NCBI RefSeq assembly: GCF_016432865.1 | Contig: NC_067400.1 | Coordinates: 63,612,001 to 63,676,000 of the forward strand | Reading direction: 5' to 3' | Length of the DNA stretch: 64,000 nt | Source: Antechinus flavipes | Taxonomy: Eukaryota | Shown here: positions 59,166 through 64,000 of the stretch, piece by piece | How the letters are laid out: the number at the start of each line of letters is the position of its first letter | How positions within the stretch are numbered: position 1 is the first letter of the stretch | Program-made: the position numbers and the translations under genes | The notes under the pieces: generated by a model | What the model was told of the DNA's origin: nothing | The model's database searches: none | What the model saw: only the letters and a program-made list of their open reading frames with translations

Positions 59166-59450
59166 TCTGCTGAGGAACTGGGGTCCCCCCTTTCTAGCCT
59201 GCTGAGGAACTGGGGTCCCCACTTTCCAGCCTGCTGAGGAACTGGGGTCCCCCCTCTCCAGCCTGCTGAGGAGCCAGGGTCTCCCCTCTCCAGCCTGCTG
59301 AGGAGCTGGGGTCCCCCCTCTCTAGCCTGCTGAGGAGCTGGGGTTCCCCTGAGGAGCTGGGGTCCCCCCTCTTTAGTCTGCTGAGGAGCCGAGGTCCCTC
59401 TGAGGAGTCAGGGGCCCCCTGAGGAGCCGGGGTCCCCCCTCCAGCCTGGC
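59166..59450. repeat. 32-bp minisatellite, ~9 copies (cctgctgaggagctggggtccccctctccag)
   Basis: ctgctgagg at 59168, 59199, 59231, 59263 etc.; degenerates toward the exon. Confidence 0.88.
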
Positions 59451-59553
59451 TCCCTGTGCCTTCCCTGGGCCTCCCTCCATCCCAGGAGCCCATGTTCCCC
59501 CATGGCTCTGCCGCCGAGCCGGGCCCGGCTTCCGCCCCCTCTGGACATCCTAC

Positions 59554-61533
59554 CTGAAGAGGCCGAGTTGGCGCTGGCCTCGGAGCCCAGGGACTCCGCC
59601 GAGGGCGTGGCCGCGCCCGCCTGGGCCGACAGCTGGTTGTGGGGCAGGCCGAGGCGCCGCAGGCTCTCCCCCTCGGACGTGGCCCTGCGCAGCCGGCCCA
59701 GCAGCGGGGTGCTCCCCCCCGAGCGGCCCCCCGAATCCTCGCTGCTGCCGCTGCGGTGCAGACGCCCCGAGAGCCGCTCCAGAGTGGCGCTGAGCTTCCT
59801 CCGGACCGCCAGCACCGGGGACCCCTTGGCCGAGTCGCCCCCTTCGGAGCTCTCCCCGTCCCCGGCCCGGGGGGACCCCCAGGACGGGTGACGTTGGGAG
59901 GGGGGTGTCCGACGCAGCCTCTGGGACAGGGACAGGGAGAGGCGCCGGACCAGCCCCATCTCCCCGGCGCCCCCGGCCCCACGAAGGTCCTGTACGGAGC
60001 GGGAGCGCTCCGGCCGCTTCACCAGCTCCAGGGGGGTCCCGGCCGGGCTGGGCCTGTACATGCCGTCTTCCTCCTCCGATCCCCGGAAAGGGCCGCGCTC
60101 CTCGGACTGAGAGCGGCTCAGCATCCGCAGCCTCCGAGCCAGGGGAGACTGGCGGCTCTTCTTGAATTTCGCTTCAAACACTTCCTCCGAGTCCAGATTT
60201 TCAATGCTGCTTAAGCTCCTGTCCGAGCTGGCAGGCCTCGGGGGGCCCCCTGCCTTCTCCCCGGGAGGAGGGCTGAGCGCCTTGAGTCCCGGCCCTTGCT
60301 TCCCAGGATGTGAGGAAGCCACCTTGGCAAAGACAGCCGCGTGGGGCTTGGGCTCGGGCGGGGGGCCCAGGACGATCTTTGGGGTGCCGGGCAGTTGGAG
60401 AGACTGGATGATCTGGGCATAAGGGGTAAGGGGGGTCTCTGGGACTGGGGAGACCACAGCTGCCTTTGGGGGTTCTAGGGTCCTGGAAGGCCCTGCCTTG
60501 GAGCCTGGCTCTTCTCGGGCAGTCTTGGGGGGCCCTGGCCGGGGGGAGCCCCTGGAGGAAGCCACGGGCTGCTCGGTGGGCCCAGGGGAGGCAGGTTTTG
60601 CAGGAGATAGCTTGGCAGGGATGGGTTTGGCAGGGCTATGAGGCTGAGCTTCGCTGAGGGCAGACAGGGAAGGCGACTCCTGCAACCTCCGGGCCCCCAG
60701 CCGGGCCACGGGGATCTCCAGGGGGGCTCCAGCCCTCGGTGCCTCCCCCTGGGTTCTGCCTCCCCCTGGGAAAAACTACTGCTTTTCTGAAGGCTGCGGG
60801 CCTCGGGGGGCAGTGGGTGTCGGGGGGCCGCCTCACTGGAGGCGGCCCGTGCCAGCCGGGGATCGCGGGCCCTTCCTCCACCCCCCAGGCTCTCTAGCAG
60901 AGGGCCCCTGAGACCGCTGACCTTGCCGTCATCAGGGCCTACCCGAAGGAGCCTCTGCCGCAGGGCCTGGAGCCTCTGGGCGTACTCTCCCTCCCCCAGG
61001 CCGCCCCGTGCCAGGTGGGCGGCCCCCGGGCTAGGGCTGCGGCGCTGGGGCAGGTCTACAGAGGCCGCCTTCTGCAGCCCCCGGCCCGGCTCCCGCAGCC
61101 CTGCCCCGGGCAAGGCGCTCTCGGCCGAGCTGCCCCTGCGCAGCTCCCCCCGCCGGGCGGCAGCCATCTTGGGGGGCTGGGGGCCTGGGGAGGGGAGTGC
61201 CTGAGAGCCAGGAGCACGACTGTCTCCCGAGGGGGCCCCCCCCTGCTCCTGCCAGTCCATGGGGGCGGAATCCCTAGCGTCGGCAGCCCCAGAGGCATCG
61301 TCCTCAGTGGGGATGTCAGTGAGAGAGACGCGCGAGCCAGAGAACTCGGGCAGCAGCGGCCGGGGCACGGAGGGCAGTTCCTCCAGCTCCTCCTCTTCGG
61401 AGTCTGAGGAAGATGAAAGTCCCCCTGGGGGTGGGCGCCGAGGCACTGCCACCCACACCCGCTCGGGGGGAGCCCGCAGCAATTCTGGGATCGGGCGCAG
61501 CACCAGATGGCACTTGTAGCTGATCTGGGAACG
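59554..61533 (-). CDS. SPEG: SPEG large inter-kinase exon ([19 protein letters not shown]...[11 protein letters not shown]) with a 1-nt frameshift at ~60737
   Basis: CAG acceptor 61534-61536, GTAGGA donor; SPEG homology lies in ORF 60475..61626 to RGRH, then in ORF 59408..60709 frame. Confidence 0.93.
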
Positions 61534-61689
61534 CTGGGAAGAAGGGAACAGGGGAATCAGGGAGTGTGGGAGCAGTGGGGGGCAGGCAGGAAGGGACGCC
61601 TGCAGAGACCGGGGGCCACCCTCCACGGGCCCGACTTGTCACCTAGGGTAGGATGGGGGGGGAGAATGGGGGTAGCGAGGTAATGGTGA

Positions 61690-63445
61690 GAGACAGAGAG
61701 AGACACAGAGACAGAGACAGAGAGAGATGTAGAGAGATAGAGACAGAGATACACAGAGACAGAGAGAAATANNNNNNNNNNNNNNNNNNNNNNNNNNNNN
61801 NNNNNNNNNNNNNNNNNNNNNNNNNNNNNNNNNNNNNNNNNNNNNNNNNNNNNNNNNNNNNNNNNNNNNNNNNNNNNNNNNNNNNNNNNNNNNNNNNNNN
61901 NNNNNNNNNNNNNNNNNNNNNNNNNNNNNNNNNNNNNNNGAAAGAGACAGAGATGTAGAGAGATAGAGACAGAGATACACAGAGACAGAAATATGGAGAG
62001 ATAGAAGGAGACAGAGAGACAGAGACAGAGATGTAGAGAGATAGAGACAAAGATACACAGAGACAGAAATATGGATAGAAAGAGACAGAGAGACAGAGAC
62101 AGAGATGTAGAGAGATAGAGACAGAGATACACAGAGACAGAGAAATATGTAAAGATAGAAAGAGACAGAGATGTAGAGAGATAGAGACAGAGAGATACAC
62201 AGAAACAGAGAGAAATATGTAGAGATAGAAAGGGACAGAGAGACAGAGACAGAGAGAGATGTAGAGAGATAGAGACAGATACACAGAGACAGAGAGAAAT
62301 ATGTAGAGATAGAAAGGGACAGAGATACAGAGAGAGATATAGAGATAGAAAGAGACAGAGACAGAGAGAAATATATAGAGATAGAAAGAGACAGTGACAG
62401 AGAGAAATATATAAAGATAGAAAGAGACAGAGACAGAGAGAAATATATAGATAGAGACAGAGACAGACACACAAAGACAGAGAAATTGAGAAATATAGAA
62501 AGAGAGACAGACAAATATATAGAGATAGAAAGAGACACAAAAAGAGATGTAGAGAGAGAGACAGAGAGATAGAGATAGAGACAGACAGAGACACAGAGAG
62601 AAATATATAGAGATAGAAAGAGACAGACAGAGAGATGTAAAGAGATAGAAAAGAGACAGACACAGAGACAGAGACAGAGGCTGCCTTCTGCCTTTTTATA
62701 GAGATAAAAAGAGAGAGAAATAAACAAAGACAGAGCAATAGAGAGACATAGAAAGATAGAGACAAAAACAGACACAGAGACAGAGACATTGAGAAATATA
62801 GAGAGATAGAAAGAGACAGACAGAGATGTAGAGAGAGAGACAGAGAAATAGAGAGATATATACAGACAGAAAGAGACAGAGACAGACACACAGAGAGAAA
62901 CAGACAGAGAAATATATAGAGATAGAAAGAGCCAGAGACAGACACACAGAGATTGAAAGAAATATGGAGATAGAGACACAGATATATAGACAGAGAAATA
63001 GATATATAGACAGAGACAGACACACAGAGATAGAAAGAAATATGGAGATAGAGACACAGATATATAGACAGAGAAATAGCTATATAGACAGAGACAGACA
63101 GAAATATAGACAGAGACAGACACACAGAGACAAAGACATTAAGAAATAGATATGGAGAGATAGAAAGAGACAGACACAGACACAGACAGGCACACAGAGA
63201 TAGAGACAGAAAGAAATATATAGAGATAGGAGATAGAGAGACACACAGAGACAGAGACACACAGAAAAACACAGAGAGACAGAGAGAAAAGACAGAGAAA
63301 CAGAAACAGATAGACAAAGACAGACATACAGAGACAGTGAAACAGCGACACAGACAGAAAGAGAAGAGAGATTCACATACAGAATCAGAAAGACAAAGAG
63401 AAACAGACACAAAGAAAGAGATAGAGACAGAGAGAAAAAAGAAAT
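61690..63445. repeat. ~1.75-kb AGAG/AGAC/AGAT low-complexity tract including a 168-nt gap
   Basis: Direct reading; recurrent gatgtagagagatagagacagagatacacagagacag. Confidence 0.93.
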
Positions 63446-64000
63446 GAAGAGTGAGAAAAGAGGGGGAAGGATAGAGAAGTTGCAACAAAATAACCCTTTT
63501 CTTATTGCTGATACAAAATGTGTATTATTACTATGTACTTTGTTTGTGACACAAAAAATGATAAGCTGGGATTCTGGGAAGAGGGGCTACCCTGAAGATA
63601 CTGGAGCATATCATCAAAAATTAACCTGAATCAGGGGTAAAGCTGGTAACTGTCGATTGGGCTCCAAACTTGGCCATCATCCCAGCTCCACAAATGAGCT
63701 GGAGCTGCTGGTGCCCTGGAAACGGGATTTGCAGGGAGGGGCATCCAGGGACATTGCTTTTGGTGCTCCAGTGTGGTGCAATGGGAAAAGTAAGAGATTG
63801 TGATTCCTGATTCTGCTGCTTAGAATCAACATGACCTTGAGGGGGACCTGTCTGGGTCTCAGTGTCCCCTGTGTAAAATGGCCCCAATGACCTCTCAGTG
63901 CTATATCTTATGTTCTCTAAACAAGTCCATCCGTTTAGGGGTTTCTGGCAGGGAACAGTCACCATTGTGGACCATGGGACCTGGCTAATTCTACAACTAG

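Noticed and set aside
60728-60760. Programmed ribosomal frameshift as the explanation for the SPEG frame switch
   Set aside because: No slippery heptamer at the switch; a single missing base restores the expected RHRRAG peptide.
61557-63488. Long ORFs (643, 494, 275 aa) rich in S/L/C/V
   Set aside because: By-products of a stop-poor AG/TC simple repeat spanning an N gap; no domain-like sequence.
63450-64000. Next upstream SPEG exon (end of kinase-1)
   Set aside because: No HPW/RRRWQ-like peptide with a donor found; the exon lies beyond the window.

Overview
Marsupial genomic DNA, probably a dasyurid draft assembly (inferred from MAR1/WALLSI-type SINEs, a dasyurid-like L1 3' end and five 140-180 nt N gaps), syntenic to human 2q35. 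The + strand carries only the last codons and 3' UTR of CHPF (1-~500). The - strand carries, in transcription order: the 3' 12 exons of SPEG (61533-49621; serine-rich linker, Ig, FN3, second kinase domain), complete SPEGNB (IQ + 2 Ig, 236 aa), complete GMPPA (12 coding exons, 420 aa) and complete ASIC4 (10 coding exons, 539 aa). I built all exons by hand from splice signals, and phases close consistently. No tRNA, rRNA or CRISPR array was seen. Main oddities: (i) a 1-nt frameshift in the large SPEG exon, most likely an assembly error; (ii) an upstream ASIC4 ATG in frame with the main ORF but stopped after 6 codons, followed by human-like extension sequence split across frames; (iii) three GC-AG introns among 34 coding introns; (iv) an OC1-like hAT MITE with perfect TIRs; (v) an L1 3' end with a 13-bp TSD and a probable short 3' transduction nested in a SINE; (vi) a solo LTR with a 4-bp TSD in a SPEG intron; (vii) minisatellites with higher-order structure; (viii) candidate PITX/GATA/POU1F1-type enhancers around ASIC4. 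Comparisons to human proteins and repeat families are from memory and need database confirmation.
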